Below, one piece after another: positions 37,767 through 49,676 of a stretch of DNA of 64,000 bases. The position numbers and the translations under genes were made by a program. Under the pieces are notes generated by a model. It was not told where the DNA came from and did no database searches. It saw only the letters and a program-made list of their open reading frames with translations. Source of the stretch: an uncultured Actinomycetota bacterium (GTDB taxonomy: Bacteria; Actinomycetota; Actinomycetes; CAWDCV01); assembly GCA_963801015.1 (NCBI GenBank), contig CAWDCV010000002.1:1307200-1371199 (forward strand), written 5' to 3'. Positions within the stretch are counted from its first letter, which is position 1, and each line of letters opens with the position of its first letter.

Positions 37767-38894
37767 CTACTCACCGCCATGAGCTGCGGCGTCGAGCGCG
37801 TGTCGGATGTCGTCGGCGAGGTCGTTGGGGTCCTCGCATCCAACGCTTAGCCGGATGAATCCGGCGGGTACGTCGTCTCCGCCCCAGCGATCGCGACGCT
37901 CGGCGCTGCTCACCACACCGCCGAAGCTCGTCGCCGGCCAGATCACCTTCGCCGACGCGAGGAACCGATCCGCCGCCGCGCCATCGGCGAGCGTGAACGA
38001 CACCACCTGTCCGTACCGATCCATCTGCCGCTGTGCGACCTCGTGGGCCGGATCGGCCGGGATTCCCGGATAGCGGCAGTCGAGCACCGCCGGGTGACCG
38101 TGAATGAGCGATGCAAGCGCAAGCGCGGTCGCGCACTGCCGTTCCAGTCGGACGTCGGCCGTCGCGAGAGAGCGGTGCGCGAGCCAGGTCTCCATCGGGC
38201 CGGCGATCCCGCCGAATCGTGTCCGGACCGTCTGGATGGGCGCGAGCAGCTCCTCACGTGCTGCTGCGACGTGACCGATCAGCAGGTCGGCATGCCCCGT
38301 CAGCGCCTTGCTGTCGGACGCAACCACGTAGTCGGCGCCGAGTCTCAGCGGTTGCTGGTTCAGACAGGTGGCCGTGGTGTTGTCGACCGCCACCAGCGCG
38401 CCCGCCTCGTGCGCTGCCGTCGCAAGTGCGGCGATGTCGCAGGCATCCAGGCGGGGGTTCGTGGGTGACTCCAGCCACAGCAGGCGACAACCGTCCAGCA
38501 ACTCTCGCTGCGCATCCCCCGCGGTCGGTGCGGTGCGGACCTCGATGCCTCGCGTGGCGAAGAAATCGTCAGCCAGCAGGCGCGTCGTGTAGTACGCATC
38601 CCCGGGAAGGACGGCGACGTTACCTGGCTGCAGCGTTGCCAGCAGCACCGCCGACACCGCGGCCATACCCGAGCCGAAGACGAGCGCCGGGCCGCCCTCG
38701 AGCTCGCTGATGGCGCGCTCGTACGCCGTCCACGTCGGGTTGGCCATCCGTGCGTACCCGTACGGCGTGTCCGCGGGGTTACCGGGCAGGAGGTAGGGCG
38801 CCGCGAAGGTTGGCCCGGCCAGGAACGGCTCACCAGTACCAGGACGTTCACGTCCGGCGCGCACAACGCGGGTGGCGATCCGAGTGGTCGTCAT
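37767..38894 (-). CDS. Cystathionine gamma-lyase/synthase family PLP enzyme
   Basis: YARMANPT, FGSGMAA, ESPTNP, DNT, SDSKALTGH, IRLSVG. Confidence 0.92.
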   Translation of the reverse strand: MTTTRIATRVVRAGRERPGTGEPFLAGPTFAAPYLLPGNPADTPYGYARMANPTWTAYERAISELEGGPALVFGSGMAAVSAVLLATLQPGNVAVLPGDAYYTTRLLADDFFATRGIEVRTAPTAGDAQRELLDGCRLLWLESPTNPRLDACDIAALATAAHEAGALVAVDNTTATCLNQQPLRLGADYVVASDSKALTGHADLLIGHVAAAREELLAPIQTVRTRFGGIAGPMETWLAHRSLATADVRLERQCATALALASLIHGHPAVLDCRYPGIPADPAHEVAQRQMDRYGQVVSFTLADGAAADRFLASAKVIWPATSFGGVVSSAERRDRWGGDDVPAGFIRLSVGCEDPNDLADDIRHALDAAAHGGE

Positions 38895-39000
38895 GCCGGC
38901 AGTGTTGCGGTGACGTACGGCACACGCCTTCTCGGGTTCGCCGGGAAGCGCGAGCGGGCATTCTCACGTTGTTATCGGTAGCGATCGAACGGAGGCTGCC

Positions 39001-39390
39001 ATGGCTCGGACAACGGCACGGTGGGCGGGACTGCTCGGCGTGGCGCGTGCCCTGCGCGCTGCAAACCGACCGGGCGGCCCAGGTCTCGGCGAGCAGCTGT
39101 CGGCCGTACCGCGCATGGTCGGTGCCTCTGTCCAGGGCCGCTACGACGGGCTGTCGCGTGGGCGACTGGCGATGATCGTCATGCTGCTGCTCTACGTGAT
39201 ATCGCCGATCGACTTCCTGCCCGAGGGGCTTCTCCTGGTGTTCGGCCTCGTCGACGACGCCGCCATTGCCGCGGTGATTGCGGGTTGGCTGCTTGGTGAA
39301 GCCGACAATTACCTCACCTGGGAACGGCGCGGCATGTTCGTCGTTCCCGGCAAGACGCTGCCTGGCGAGACGATCTACCGCGGCGTGTAG
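39001..39390 (+). CDS. YkvA/DUF1232 membrane protein
   Basis: YVISPIDFLPE..FGLVDD. Confidence 0.88.
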   Translation: MARTTARWAGLLGVARALRAANRPGGPGLGEQLSAVPRMVGASVQGRYDGLSRGRLAMIVMLLLYVISPIDFLPEGLLLVFGLVDDAAIAAVIAGWLLGEADNYLTWERRGMFVVPGKTLPGETIYRGV

Positions 39391-39983
39391 AGCCAGGGCT
39401 CCTTCAGGTCGAAGAACGTCGGCTCGCCGACCTCGAGCTTGTTCATCTCTTCCATCTGTTGCGATAGCTCGGGCGGCGGGGGCTTCTTCTCGCCCTCCCG
39501 GGCCTCGGCCTCAGTCGTGAAGTAGAGCGCCATCGTGTAGGCGCCGCCCTCGTGGCTCGCGCCGACACTGCCCAGGATGTCGGGACGGTAGGCCGCCCAG
39601 TCGCTGGAATCCTCGCTCATGAGCTCCCAGGAGCGGTCGGGATCGCTGCTTCGGCCCTGGATGATCTGCACGAATCCGGCGTTCTCGGGGTCGCCCTGCA
39701 GATCGACGATCACGTCGTTGCTGTCGGAGAATGTCGCTTCGCCATCGAAGAGTTGCGCCGCGCGAGACCACCACGCGTCTTGCTCAGGGCGATTGCTGTT
39801 GGTGCGTGCCGCGTCCTCATCCTGGAATCGCACCACGGAGATGAACCGTCCATCGTCGGTGACGCCGGCGGTCGTTCCCAGCCAGCCGGTGGCGTCACCT
39901 GACAGGTCACGTACCCAGGTATCGAGCGTCTCGCGGACCTGCGCCGGTTCCGACACCGAACCCTGGATCACCTGAACGAACAC
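39375..39983 (-). CDS. Hypothetical protein with two tandem ABM-like (dimeric alpha-beta barrel) repeats
   Basis: Internal repeat FVQVIQG / FVQIIQG, each followed by G..G..F..E..AR. Confidence 0.75.
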   Translation of the reverse strand: MFVQVIQGSVSEPAQVRETLDTWVRDLSGDATGWLGTTAGVTDDGRFISVVRFQDEDAARTNSNRPEQDAWWSRAAQLFDGEATFSDSNDVIVDLQGDPENAGFVQIIQGRSSDPDRSWELMSEDSSDWAAYRPDILGSVGASHEGGAYTMALYFTTEAEAREGEKKPPPPELSQQMEEMNKLEVGEPTFFDLKEPWLYTPR

Positions 39984-40227
39984 TGCGAACTCCCTCCGGT
40001 CGTGGCTGGAGGTCGACGTTACGACGATGCGGCTACGGCGTCGAGACCGCCGGGCTCACTTCCGGAACGGCGCTGGGAAGGGCGAGTGAGCGCCGCGGCC
40101 AGTTTCGCATCGATAGCTGATCCACAGCGACGTGGCCTTCCGCGCCCGCCTACTGACATTGCCTGACTCTCCGGCCTTGCCTGACGGCATCCGCCTGCTG
40201 GATTCGCCATCGCTTGGGAGATCGGTG

Positions 40228-40656
40228 CTAGCCCTGGGCGGGTAGCGGCAGCGCCCCGAGCTGCTGGAACAGCCCCAGCCGGTCGTAGGCGACCCAGTCT
40301 TCGGCCAGCTTGCCGTCGGCGAAGCGCCCCGTGATGATGACGCCCCAGGTGACCCGGCGACCACTGGCCGCGATGCCTTGCCAGACGCCCCGCTGCGTGG
40401 CTCGCCATTGGCCCCTCCACGCGCCGCGGTCCTCGGTACAGAAGAGATTCTCAAGGGTGTAGACGGCGTCGGGAAACGCGGCGAAGAAGCCCTCCATACC
40501 CTCTCGCCAGGAGGCGATGCCATGCAGCGGCGGGGACCCTTGCCAGCTAGAAACGAGATCGGGGGCGAGCAAAGCCTCGAGCCCGCTGAGGTTGTGCTCG
40601 TTGAAAACGTCGGCGATAAGGCGGTGCACCAGCGCCTCGTTCTGCTCGGCTCCCAT
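40228..40656 (-). CDS. SnoaL-like ester cyclase family protein
   Basis: FFAAFPD, GIAASGRRV, RFADGKLAEDW, LFQQLG; AGGAG RBS. Confidence 0.85.
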   Translation of the reverse strand: MGAEQNEALVHRLIADVFNEHNLSGLEALLAPDLVSSWQGSPPLHGIASWREGMEGFFAAFPDAVYTLENLFCTEDRGAWRGQWRATQRGVWQGIAASGRRVTWGVIITGRFADGKLAEDWVAYDRLGLFQQLGALPLPAQG

Positions 40657-40772
40657 CTCTGCGCTCCTACCCATGTCGCCGTCTACGGTCGGTCGTCGCG
40701 AGGCTCGACCGCCTGCCGCACCCAAGGTGCAGCATCGCATAGGGGACACCGTGCAACTCGCCAAGCGGACAG

Positions 40773-40845
40773 TGGAGACGAGGGGACTTGAACCCCTAAC
40801 CCCTGCCTTGCAAAGGCAGTGCTCTGCCAGTTGAGCTACGTCCCC
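40773..40845 (-). tRNA. tRNA-Ala(TGC)
   Basis: GGGGACGTAGCTCA..TTTGCAA..GGTTCAAGTCC..TCTCCA; G3:U70 pair; CCA not encoded. Confidence 0.97.
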
Positions 40846-40964
40846 GAGACGCTGCAGACGACGGTACCCGTTCAGCCAGAAAGCGTTCGCCGTTGACGTC
40901 GCCCGGGCAACGCTGGTGTCTCAAGATCCGCGATGGGGGGAGGGTTGCCCTGATGAAGGTGGGT

Positions 40965-41096
40965 CTAGCGCAGGTCGGGCGTCACGGGGTCGGTGGCTTC
41001 GTTCCACAGGTCCTGCTCCGCGCGCTGCGCGGAGTAGCGCCGGTAGGCGAGGAGGCCGCCGACGGCAGCGACTGCGGCAACGAGCAGCTTCTTCAC
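40965..41096 (-). CDS. DLW-39 family small protein (43 aa; absent from the ORF track)
   Basis: MKKLLVAAVAAVGGLLAYRRYSAQRAEQDLWNEATD..; GGAGG RBS; typical position between tRNA-Ile and tRNA-Ala. Confidence 0.88.
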   Translation of the reverse strand: MKKLLVAAVAAVGGLLAYRRYSAQRAEQDLWNEATDPVTPDLR

Positions 41097-41122
41097 GCGA
41101 GGACCTCCGGAGCGATGGAACG

Positions 41123-41196
41123 TGGGCCTGGGTGGACTTGAACCACCGACCTCATCCTTATCAGGGATGCGCTCTAACCGGCTGAGCTACAGGCCC
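41123..41196 (-). tRNA. tRNA-Ile(GAT)
   Basis: GGGCCTGTAGCTCAG..CTGATAA..GGTTCAAGTCC..AGGCCCA. Confidence 0.97.
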
Positions 41197-41353
41197 GGGG
41201 TGCCCTGCAGTGTAGACGAGCCCCGCCACGCGTCCCGTCCAACCCCAGTCACGCAACGATCATGGAGTTACGGGAACGACACGCCGTGCAGAACGTCCCG
41301 TAAGCCCATGATCCTTTCTGGAAGGCGGGGCCCGGCGGGTGGGGTGGGACGAG

Positions 41354-42043
41354 TTACTCGGGGTCGGCGAGGATGACTTCGAGGCCACCGACGAACGACG
41401 CCGACAGGTTGTAGAGGAACGCCGCCAGCGTCGCCAATGCGGTGATGATGAACACGTTCACCACGCTCAGCAGGGTGGCGAAGCCGGTCACCCGCCCGAG
41501 CGAGACCGCGCGCTGGAGGTCGAAGCCCTCTGTCTCGTTGCCACCGGTGACGTCGCGAATCGTGGTGCCGAGGCTGTTCCAGACACCCATGTACTCGAGC
41601 ATCAGCCACAGCCCGGCGACCGCGACGATGACGACGATGCCGGCTGCGATGGACAGCAGGAAGGAGAGCTTCATCACCGACCAGGGATCGACCCGGGCCA
41701 GCCGCAGCCGCGCCTTGCGCCCGGCCTTGGCCGTCGGCACGTTGGGCGAGGGGGCCTTGGGCGGGATGCTGCCGCCGGTCGTCGGCAACGGCGTGACCTT
41801 GGCCTGCCCATTGGACGGCGTGCCCATCGCCGGGGGAGCGGTCGGTTGCGGCGCCGCAGGCTGGGTTGGCGTCGCGGGCGCCGTCGGTGCCGAGGTGAGC
41901 GACGCCTTGCCCGACCCGACCGTCGGCCCGGACGCGCGGGCGCTGGAATAGTCCGCGTTGCCGTAGCTCGTCACGGAGGAACCTCCTCGAGGGGCGGACT
42001 CACCAGGACCATTGTCCTGCCATACCGCCGGTGGTGCACTCAC
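41354..42043 (-). CDS. DUF3566 membrane protein
   Basis: [22 protein letters not shown]; downstream of gyrA. Confidence 0.92.
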   Translation of the reverse strand: MSAPPAVWQDNGPGESAPRGGSSVTSYGNADYSSARASGPTVGSGKASLTSAPTAPATPTQPAAPQPTAPPAMGTPSNGQAKVTPLPTTGGSIPPKAPSPNVPTAKAGRKARLRLARVDPWSVMKLSFLLSIAAGIVVIVAVAGLWLMLEYMGVWNSLGTTIRDVTGGNETEGFDLQRAVSLGRVTGFATLLSVVNVFIITALATLAAFLYNLSASFVGGLEVILADPE

Positions 42044-44685
42044 GAGGATGCCTGACCATTGCCAGGCGGGGCAGTCGGGTCATCCTCGATCGCAAACTCG
42101 GTTGTGTAATCCGCCACGTCCTCGTCGGACCCCCCCTTAGGCGTATCAACGGTGACGCCGCCGTCCAGGTCGGTCGAGTCGGCGCCAACGGCTGCCTCGT
42201 CGATGACGTCCTGGGCGGAGGCCTCGGCGTTGCGAGCGATGGCGACGACGCTGTCGCCCTCGGCGAGGCTCACGAGCCTCACCCCCATGGTGTCACGTCC
42301 CGTGCGCCGCACCTCCGCCGCACGAGTACGGATCACGCCGCCACCCGACGTGATCGCGAGCACCTCGTCGCTGTCCTGGACGTTGAGCGCCCCAACCAAC
42401 CGCCCCCGCGCTTCGGTGATGCGGGCGGTACGGATGCCGAGCCCGCCGCGACCCTGGATGCGGTACTCGTCGATCGACGTGCGCTTGGCATAGCCGCCGT
42501 CGGTCGCCACCAGCACGTCGGATTCCGGCCGGGCGACCATCATCGCGAGCAGCTCGTCTCCATTGGAGAACCGCATGCCGATCACGCCGGACGTCGCCCG
42601 CCCCATCGGCCGCAACGCCTCGTCGGTGGCCGTAAACCGCAGCGACTGCGCACCAGCGCTCACCAGCAGCAGGTCGTCGGACTCGCCGATCAGGCGCGCC
42701 GAGATGACCTCGTCGTCCTCGCGCAGGTTGATCGCGATCACGCCACCGCTGCGCGGCGAGTCGAACTCGCCCAGCCGCGTCTTCTTCACCAAGCCCCGGC
42801 GGGTGGCGAGCACGAGGTAGGGCGCCACGGCGTAGTCGCGCAGATCGAGCACCTGAGCGATGCGCTCGTCCGGCTGGAACGCGAGCAGGTTCGCGACGTG
42901 TTGGCCGCGGGCGTCGCGTCCCGCCTCTGGCAGCTCGTACGCCTTCGCGCGGTAGACCCGGCCCTTGTTCGTGAAGAACAGGATCCAGTCGTGCGTGGTT
43001 GTCACGAAGAAGTGCTCGACGATGTCGTCCTGCCGCAGCGCCGCTCCGCGCACGCCCCGGCCGCCGCGCCGCTGGGCGCGGTAGAGGTCGGTCTTGGTGC
43101 GCTTGGCGTAGCCGCCGCGGGTGATCGTGACGACGACGTCTTCCTCGGCGATGAGGTCCTGGATCGACATGTCGCCGTCGTACGGGATCAGCTGCGTGCG
43201 CCGAGCATCGCCGAACCGCTCGGTGATCTCGGCGAGCTCGTCGCTGATGATGTGTCGCTGCCGCTCGGGCGAGGCGAGGATCTCGTTGTAGTCGGAGATC
43301 TGCGCCATCAGCTCGTTGTATTCGTCGGTGAGCTTCTGCCGCTCCAGCGCGGCCAGCCTGCGAAGCTGCATGTCGAGGATCGCCCGCGCTTGCAGCTCGT
43401 CGATCTCGAGCAGCTCCATCAGGCCAGCCTGCGCGTCCTCGACGGTAGCGCTGCGCCGGATGAGCGCGATCACCTCGTCGATCGCGTCCAGCGCCTTGAG
43501 CAGACCGCGCAGGATGTGGGCGCGCTCCTCGGCCTTGCGCAGCCGGTACCGCGTGCGCCGCACGATGATGCCGACCTGGTGGTCGACCCAGTGCCGGACG
43601 AACGCGTCGAGAGACAGCGTCCGCGGCACCCCGTCGACGAGCGCCAGCATGTTCGCGCCGAACGTGTCCTGCAGCTGGGTGTGCTTGTACAGGTTGTTGA
43701 GAACGACCTTCGCGACGGCGTCGCGGCGCAGCATGATGACCAGCCGCTGGCCGGTGCGGCCGCTGGACTCGTCGCGGATGTCGGCGATGCCCTGCACCCG
43801 GCCGTCGTTGTGCAGGTCGGCGATCTTCTGCGCGAGGTTGTCGGGGTTGACCTGGTACGGCAACTCGGTGATGACCAGCTGCGTCCGGCCGCGGTTGTCC
43901 TCCTCGATCTCGACGACTGCGCGCATGGTGATCATGCCCCGACCGGTGCGGTACGCGTCCTCGATGCCGCGCCGCCCGACGACCAGCGCACCGGTCGGAA
44001 AGTCCGGACCTGGAATGCGCTGCATCAGTTCGGCGAGCAGCTCCTCGTTGGACGCTTGTGGGTGCTCGAGGTACCACTGCACCCCGGACGCGACCTCGCG
44101 CAGGTTGTGCGGCGGCATGTTCGTCGCCATGCCGACGGCAATCCCTGCCGAGCCGTTGACGAGCAGGTTCGGGAAGCGGCTCGGCAAGATGACCGGCTCG
44201 AGCGTGCGCCCGTCGTAGTTGGGCTGGAAGTCGACCGTCTCCTGGTCGATGTCGCGCACCATCTCCATGGCAAGCGGCGCCAGCCGGCACTCGGTGTAGC
44301 GCATCGCCGCTGCTGGGTCGTTCCCCGGCGAGCCGAAGTTGCCCTGCCCGGAGATGAGGGGGTAGCGCATCGACCAGGTCTGCGCGAGCCGGACGAGGGT
44401 GTCGTAGATCGCACTGTCGCCGTGCGGATGGTAGTTGCCCATGACGTCGCCGACGACGCGCGAGCACTTGGAGAACCCGCGGTCGGGGCGGTAGCCGCCG
44501 TCGTACATCGCGTACAGCACCCGGCGGTGCACCGGCTTCAATCCGTCGCGCACGTCCGGCAGCGCCCGCCCGACGATCACGCTCATCGCATAGTCGAGGT
44601 AGGAGCGCTGCATCTCGACCTGCAGGTCGACCGGCTCGACCCGATCCATCTCGGGCGGCTCGGGAGGCAGCAGAACGTCGGTCAT
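42040..44685 (-). CDS. gyrA: DNA gyrase subunit A
   Basis: [24 protein letters not shown], GyrA box QRRGGRG. Confidence 0.98.
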   Translation of the reverse strand: MTDVLLPPEPPEMDRVEPVDLQVEMQRSYLDYAMSVIVGRALPDVRDGLKPVHRRVLYAMYDGGYRPDRGFSKCSRVVGDVMGNYHPHGDSAIYDTLVRLAQTWSMRYPLISGQGNFGSPGNDPAAAMRYTECRLAPLAMEMVRDIDQETVDFQPNYDGRTLEPVILPSRFPNLLVNGSAGIAVGMATNMPPHNLREVASGVQWYLEHPQASNEELLAELMQRIPGPDFPTGALVVGRRGIEDAYRTGRGMITMRAVVEIEEDNRGRTQLVITELPYQVNPDNLAQKIADLHNDGRVQGIADIRDESSGRTGQRLVIMLRRDAVAKVVLNNLYKHTQLQDTFGANMLALVDGVPRTLSLDAFVRHWVDHQVGIIVRRTRYRLRKAEERAHILRGLLKALDAIDEVIALIRRSATVEDAQAGLMELLEIDELQARAILDMQLRRLAALERQKLTDEYNELMAQISDYNEILASPERQRHIISDELAEITERFGDARRTQLIPYDGDMSIQDLIAEEDVVVTITRGGYAKRTKTDLYRAQRRGGRGVRGAALRQDDIVEHFFVTTTHDWILFFTNKGRVYRAKAYELPEAGRDARGQHVANLLAFQPDERIAQVLDLRDYAVAPYLVLATRRGLVKKTRLGEFDSPRSGGVIAINLREDDEVISARLIGESDDLLLVSAGAQSLRFTATDEALRPMGRATSGVIGMRFSNGDELLAMMVARPESDVLVATDGGYAKRTSIDEYRIQGRGGLGIRTARITEARGRLVGALNVQDSDEVLAITSGGGVIRTRAAEVRRTGRDTMGVRLVSLAEGDSVVAIARNAEASAQDVIDEAAVGADSTDLDGGVTVDTPKGGSDEDVADYTTEFAIEDDPTAPPGNGQASS

Positions 44686-44707
44686 GAGGGAGTAGCAGTC
44701 CTAACAG

Positions 44708-46678
44708 TCAGATATCGAGGAACCGAACATCCTTGGCGTTACGCTGGATGAACGTGCGCCGGGACTCGACGTCCTCGCCCATGAGCACGCTGAACAGCTC
44801 GTCGGCCTGAGCCGCGTCGTCGAGGGTGACCTGCAGCAGCACGCGATTCGCCGGGTCCATGGTGGTGTCCCACAGCTCCTCGTGATTCATCTCGCCGAGA
44901 CCCTTGTAGCGCTGGATCGCTTCGTCGCGGTTCTTGGCGAGCTTCTTGCCGGCGGCGAGCCCGGCGGTGAGGGCGGCGTCGCGCTCCCGATCGGAGTACA
45001 CGTACTCGTCCGGCTCGCGACCGGACCAGTTGATCTTGTACAGCGGGGGTTGCGCGAGGTAGACGTGTCCGGTCTCGACGAGGGGACGCATGAACCGGAA
45101 CAGCAGCGTCAGCAGCAGGGTCCGGATGTGCTGGCCATCGACGTCGGCGTCGGCCATCAGCACGATCTTGCCGTAGCGCAACTTGTCGATGTCGAAGTCC
45201 TCGTGGATGCCGGTGCCGAGCGCGGAGATCAGCGCCTGCACCTCGGTGTTCTGCAGCACCCGGTCGATGCGGGACTTCTCGACGTTGAGGATCTTGCCGC
45301 GGATCGGGAGGATCGCCTGCGTCGCCGGGTCGCGCGCCGACTTCGCCGAGCCGCCGGCGGAGTTGCCCTCGACGATGTAGATCTCGCATTCCTCGGGGTT
45401 GGTCGAGGAACAGTCGGCGAGCTTGCCCGGCAGGCCGCCGCCGCCGAGCAGGCCCTTGCGATTGCGCGCCAGGTCGCGCGCCTTGCGGGCGGCAATCCGG
45501 GCGGTCGCCGCCGCGAGGGACTTACGGGCGATCTCCTTGCCCTCGCTCGGATTCTGCTCGAACCACGCGCCCAGGCGCTCGTTGACGATCTTCTGCACGA
45601 ACGTACGAGCCTCGGTGTTACCGAGCTTGGTCTTGGTCTGTCCCTCGAACTGCGGCTCGCCGAGCTTGACCGACACGATCGCGGTCAGGCCCTCGCGGAT
45701 GTCCTCGCCGGTGAGGTTGGCGTCCTTGTCCTTGAGGACGTTCCACTCCTTGGCGAAGCGGTTGACGAGCGACGTCAGCGACGCCCGGAACCCCTCCTCG
45801 TGGGTGCCACCTTCGTGGGTGTTGATCGTGTTGGCGAAGGTGTAGACCGACTCGGTGAAGCCGGCGTTCCACTGCATCGCCACCTCGACCGAGATCCGAC
45901 GATCGGTGTCCTCCGCTTCGAATTCGATCAGGGCCGAATAAGCGGTGCCCTTCTTTGCATTGAGGTAGCGAACGAAGTCGGCGATGCCGCCGTCGTAGTG
46001 GTACGTCACCTCGCGCGGCGCGCCGTCCTCGCTGAGCTCGACCCGCTCGTCGCGCATCCTGATGGTGAGGCCCCTGTTGAGGAACGCCATCTCCTGGAAG
46101 CGGCGCGACAGGGTCTCGAAGTCGTACTGCGTCGTCTCGAAGATGTCCGGGTCGGCCCAGAACGTGAGCGTGGTGCCCGACTCGGTGCTCGGCGGTCCCG
46201 GCACGACCTCGGTGGCTGGACGGCTGGCGACGTAGTCCTGGGCCCAGGTCGAGCCCTCGCGGCGGATCTCGATCGTCAGCCGCGACGACAGCGCGTTGAC
46301 GACCGACACGCCAACGCCGTGCAGTCCACCGGAGACGGCGTAGCTGCTGCCGCCGAACTTGCCGCCCGCATGCAGCGTGGTGAGGACGACCTCGACCGCC
46401 GGCCGATGCTCGACCGGGTGCTCATCGACCGGGATTCCGCGGCCGTTGTCATCGACCGTGACCCCGCCGTCTGCGCGCAGGGTGACGTCGATGCGGTCGG
46501 CGTAGCCCGCGAGTGCCTCGTCGACGGAGTTGTCGACAACCTCGTAGACGAGATGGTGCAAACCGCGCTCGCCGGTCGACCCGATGTACATGCCCGGCCG
46601 CTTGCGGACGGCATCGAGCCCTTCGAGAACGGTGATCGCGGTAGCGTCGTAGGCGGCGTCAAAGGTCTGGGCGGCCAC
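44708..46678 (-). CDS. gyrB: DNA gyrase subunit B
   Basis: [44 protein letters not shown]; GAGGAGG RBS before GTG 46678. Confidence 0.98.
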   Translation of the reverse strand: MAAQTFDAAYDATAITVLEGLDAVRKRPGMYIGSTGERGLHHLVYEVVDNSVDEALAGYADRIDVTLRADGGVTVDDNGRGIPVDEHPVEHRPAVEVVLTTLHAGGKFGGSSYAVSGGLHGVGVSVVNALSSRLTIEIRREGSTWAQDYVASRPATEVVPGPPSTESGTTLTFWADPDIFETTQYDFETLSRRFQEMAFLNRGLTIRMRDERVELSEDGAPREVTYHYDGGIADFVRYLNAKKGTAYSALIEFEAEDTDRRISVEVAMQWNAGFTESVYTFANTINTHEGGTHEEGFRASLTSLVNRFAKEWNVLKDKDANLTGEDIREGLTAIVSVKLGEPQFEGQTKTKLGNTEARTFVQKIVNERLGAWFEQNPSEGKEIARKSLAAATARIAARKARDLARNRKGLLGGGGLPGKLADCSSTNPEECEIYIVEGNSAGGSAKSARDPATQAILPIRGKILNVEKSRIDRVLQNTEVQALISALGTGIHEDFDIDKLRYGKIVLMADADVDGQHIRTLLLTLLFRFMRPLVETGHVYLAQPPLYKINWSGREPDEYVYSDRERDAALTAGLAAGKKLAKNRDEAIQRYKGLGEMNHEELWDTTMDPANRVLLQVTLDDAAQADELFSVLMGEDVESRRTFIQRNAKDVRFLDI

Positions 46679-46852
46679 GTTGTCGGTTGTCCTCCTCATG
46701 CTGTGCTCGGGAGCGGGCTGCAGACCTGCGCCTGAGGTGTCTAGTCTACCGGGTCGTACGGGCAGAAATGGCCCGTACGCGCCCGTAACGGGCCCGCTCG
46801 CTTTCTGTGAGACCCCGCGTGAGGAGGGGTACGCGGACCGGGGTCGCAATCG

Positions 46853-47413
46853 CTACCCGTAGGTATCACGCGGCCCTCGTCCCCGCACCGACAGTGGCCC
46901 ACGCCGCCACGTCGGAGCCTGCGGGCCACGCACGTCGAGGCGTGTCACCGTGCCCGCGCCGACCGTGTCGGCGAGCCGGTGCAGGATCTGTGGAGACAGC
47001 AGCCGCACCTGCGTCGCCCAGGCGGTCGAGTCGGCGACCACCGTGAGGGTTCCGTCCTCGAAGGCCTCCGCGTGACAGTGTTCGGCGACCTGGGTGCCGA
47101 CGATCTCCGCCCAGCGCGCCACCGCGGCCGCACCGGCAGCGGGTGCCTCCCAGCCACGATCGCTGATCAGGCCGTCGATCGCGCTTCCCAGCAGTTGCGG
47201 ATCGCGGCCGTCCGGGCGGGCGCCGCTGCGCTCCTGCGTCGCTCGACGGGCCGCGGCCCGCGCCCGGGCTTCGTCACGCTTGCCCTGCGCTGTCTGTGGA
47301 GCGGCAGAACCCGGCCGTAGCCCGCGCTCGCGGGCCCGGCTGCGCGCCTGGGCAAGCAGGGCTCGTGCCACGTCGATGCCGGACTCGCGGGGAGTGGACG
47401 GCTCATCGGACAC
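46853..47413 (-). CDS. dciA: DUF721/DciA family protein
   Basis: [29 protein letters not shown]; between recF and gyrB. Confidence 0.9.
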   Translation of the reverse strand: MSDEPSTPRESGIDVARALLAQARSRARERGLRPGSAAPQTAQGKRDEARARAAARRATQERSGARPDGRDPQLLGSAIDGLISDRGWEAPAAGAAAVARWAEIVGTQVAEHCHAEAFEDGTLTVVADSTAWATQVRLLSPQILHRLADTVGAGTVTRLDVRGPQAPTWRRGPLSVRGRGPRDTYG

Positions 47414-48527
47414 GGCGCACCTGCCCTTCGGCAACGTCGAACCGCGCCCCGGCGAGCTGCTCCGGCACGTCAGCGGCCACCGCGGCTGTCACGAGGACCT
47501 GCTCGGCGGGAGCGACCAGCTCGGCGAGGCGTTCCCGTCGGTCGGCGTCGAGCTCAGCGAACACGTCGTCGAGAATCAGCACCGGCTCGCTCCCCTCCCC
47601 GCGCAGCAGGTCGTACGCGGCCAGCCGCAACGCGAGCGCGTAGGACCAGGACTCGCCGTGGCTGGCGTAACCACGCGTCGGCAGCGGGCCCAGCCGAAGC
47701 AGCAGGTCGTCACGGTGCGGCCCGACAAGGGAGATCCCGCGATCCAACTCTTGCCGGCGAAGCGCGGACATCTGCGCGAGCAGCGCCGCGGCGAGCACGT
47801 CCGCCTCCGGTGGCAGTGGCGCGTCGTCCCCGAGCGAGCTGCGGTAATCCATGGCGGTCGGACCACCGCCGCCACCGCGGCTGAGTTCCTCATATGCCTT
47901 GTCGACCAGCGGCGCCAGCGCCGCGACAAGCTCGATGCGCGCTGCAAGCAGCTCGGCGCCGATCCGGGCCAGCTGGTTGTCCCACGCCTCCAGCGTCCGC
48001 AGGTCCGGTGAGCGAGTGGCACCGGCCGATTTGAGCAGGGCATTGCGCTGCTTAAGCACCCGGTCGTAGTCGCCGCGGACACTGGCGTAGCGAGGCGCTC
48101 GCGCCACCAGCAGTGTGTCGAGGTACGCGCGCCGCTCGGTCGGATCGCCCTTGACGATGGCCAAGTCCTCCGGCGCGAACAACACCGTGCGCAGCACGCC
48201 GAGCACATCGCGGGCACGTGGCACCGGACCGCGGTTGATGCGGGCGCGGTTGGCCCGGCCCGGGTTGATCTCCAGCTCCACCAGCGTGGACCGACCGTCG
48301 CGAACCACGGCAGTGCGCACGATCGCGCGGGCTGCACCGAGTCGGACCAGCGGTGCGTCGGTCGCCACCCGGTGACTACCAAGCGCAGCGACGTAGCCCA
48401 GGGCCTCGACCAGGTTCGTCTTGCCCTGACCGTTCGGCCCCACCAGCGCCGTCCCGCCCGGCTCGAGCGGCAGCTCGAGGTCAGCGTACGACCGGAAGTC
48501 CGCGAGCGAGAGGTGGGCGACGTGCAC
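47403..48527 (-). CDS. recF: DNA replication/repair protein RecF
   Basis: [35 protein letters not shown]. Confidence 0.97.
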   Translation of the reverse strand: MHVAHLSLADFRSYADLELPLEPGGTALVGPNGQGKTNLVEALGYVAALGSHRVATDAPLVRLGAARAIVRTAVVRDGRSTLVELEINPGRANRARINRGPVPRARDVLGVLRTVLFAPEDLAIVKGDPTERRAYLDTLLVARAPRYASVRGDYDRVLKQRNALLKSAGATRSPDLRTLEAWDNQLARIGAELLAARIELVAALAPLVDKAYEELSRGGGGGPTAMDYRSSLGDDAPLPPEADVLAAALLAQMSALRRQELDRGISLVGPHRDDLLLRLGPLPTRGYASHGESWSYALALRLAAYDLLRGEGSEPVLILDDVFAELDADRRERLAELVAPAEQVLVTAAVAADVPEQLAGARFDVAEGQVRRVR

Positions 48528-48536
48528 GGGCGACTG

Positions 48537-49676
48537 TCAGCCGGACAGCCGCACCGGCATGATCAGGTAGCGGTAGTCGGTCTCGGGGTCGGCGTCCATG
48601 TCGGCGCAGCCGGTGATGACCGCCGGCTTCGTCGGAATCGTGAACGCCAGCCGCGCGACCGGCGCATCGATCGCGGTGAGCCCGTCGAGCAAGAAGGCCG
48701 GGTTGAACGCGATGCTGATGTCATCCCCGTCGAGGCTGGCGTCGATCGCCTCCGAGGCCTGCGCCTCCTCCCCCGTCCCTGCCTCGAGCACGCACTCGCC
48801 GCCGCGGAACCCCAGCCGTACCGGTGTATTGCGCTCCGCAACGAGGGACACCCGCTTGACCGCTTCGACGAATGGCGCGGTGTCCAGCCGGGCGACGGTC
48901 GTGGACTCCTTCGGGAACAGCGTGCGGTACTTGGGGAATTCGCCCTCGAGCAGCCTGGTCGTGGTCCGCCGACCCCCGGCCTCGAACCCGACGAGTCCCT
49001 CGCCCTGCACGCTGGAAGCCAGGGCGACCGTCACCTTGTCGCCCGAGGTCAGCGCCTTGGCCGTGCCGTCGAGCGTGCGCGCGGGGACGAGCGCGACCGC
49101 GGTCAGGCCCGACTGCTCGGGCGCCCAGGTGAGCTCGCGCGCCGCCAGCCGGTAGCGGTCGGTGGCCACCAGCGTCAGCTTCTCGCCGTCGATCTCGACC
49201 CGGATCCCGGTGAGAACCGGCAGCGTGTCGTCGCGGCCGGCGGCGACCGCGACCTGGCCCACAGCGCTGGCGAAGACCTCGCCCGCGACGGTTCCCGACG
49301 CGGTCGGCATGGTCGGCAGCGTCGGGTAGTCGTCCACCGGCATGGTCAGCAGCGTGAAGCGGGTGTTTCCGCAGGTCACCACCACCTTGCTGCCCTCGGT
49401 CACGACCTCGACCGGTCGGGCCGGCAGGCTGCGGGCAATATCGGCGAGCAGCCGGCCCGAGACGAGGACCCGACCCGGCTCGCTGACGTCGGCGTCTACC
49501 TCGACCCGGGCCGAGACCTCGTAGTCGAACCCGGACAGCCGCAGGCCGGCCGCCCCGGACGACTCCGCCTCGACCAGGACACCGGCGAGCACGGGCACCG
49601 GCGGTCGGGACGGCAGGCTGCGCGCCGTCCACGCGACCGCCTCGGCCAGGACGTCACGTTCGACCCGGAACTTCAC
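48537..49676 (-). CDS. dnaN: DNA polymerase III beta clamp
   Basis: MKFRVERD, ATDRYRL, IAFNP, YLIMPVR. Confidence 0.97.
   Translation of the reverse strand: MKFRVERDVLAEAVAWTARSLPSRPPVPVLAGVLVEAESSGAAGLRLSGFDYEVSARVEVDADVSEPGRVLVSGRLLADIARSLPARPVEVVTEGSKVVVTCGNTRFTLLTMPVDDYPTLPTMPTASGTVAGEVFASAVGQVAVAAGRDDTLPVLTGIRVEIDGEKLTLVATDRYRLAARELTWAPEQSGLTAVALVPARTLDGTAKALTSGDKVTVALASSVQGEGLVGFEAGGRRTTTRLLEGEFPKYRTLFPKESTTVARLDTAPFVEAVKRVSLVAERNTPVRLGFRGGECVLEAGTGEEAQASEAIDASLDGDDISIAFNPAFLLDGLTAIDAPVARLAFTIPTKPAVITGCADMDADPETDYRYLIMPVRLSG

Noticed and set aside
39984-40227. Unassigned 240-bp gap, possible sRNA or riboswitch
   Set aside because: No recognisable motif or convincing structure or ORF by eye; an Infernal/Rfam scan would be needed
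1-40773. Intact mobile element (prophage, ICE or IS)
   Set aside because: No integrase, transposase, relaxase or phage genes, and no att duplication of tRNA-Ala seen
42031-46735. Long plus-strand ORFs (906 and 617 aa) opposite gyrA/gyrB, and similar shadow ORFs across the window
   Set aside because: Antisense-frame artefacts of high-GC codon bias with no recognisable motifs
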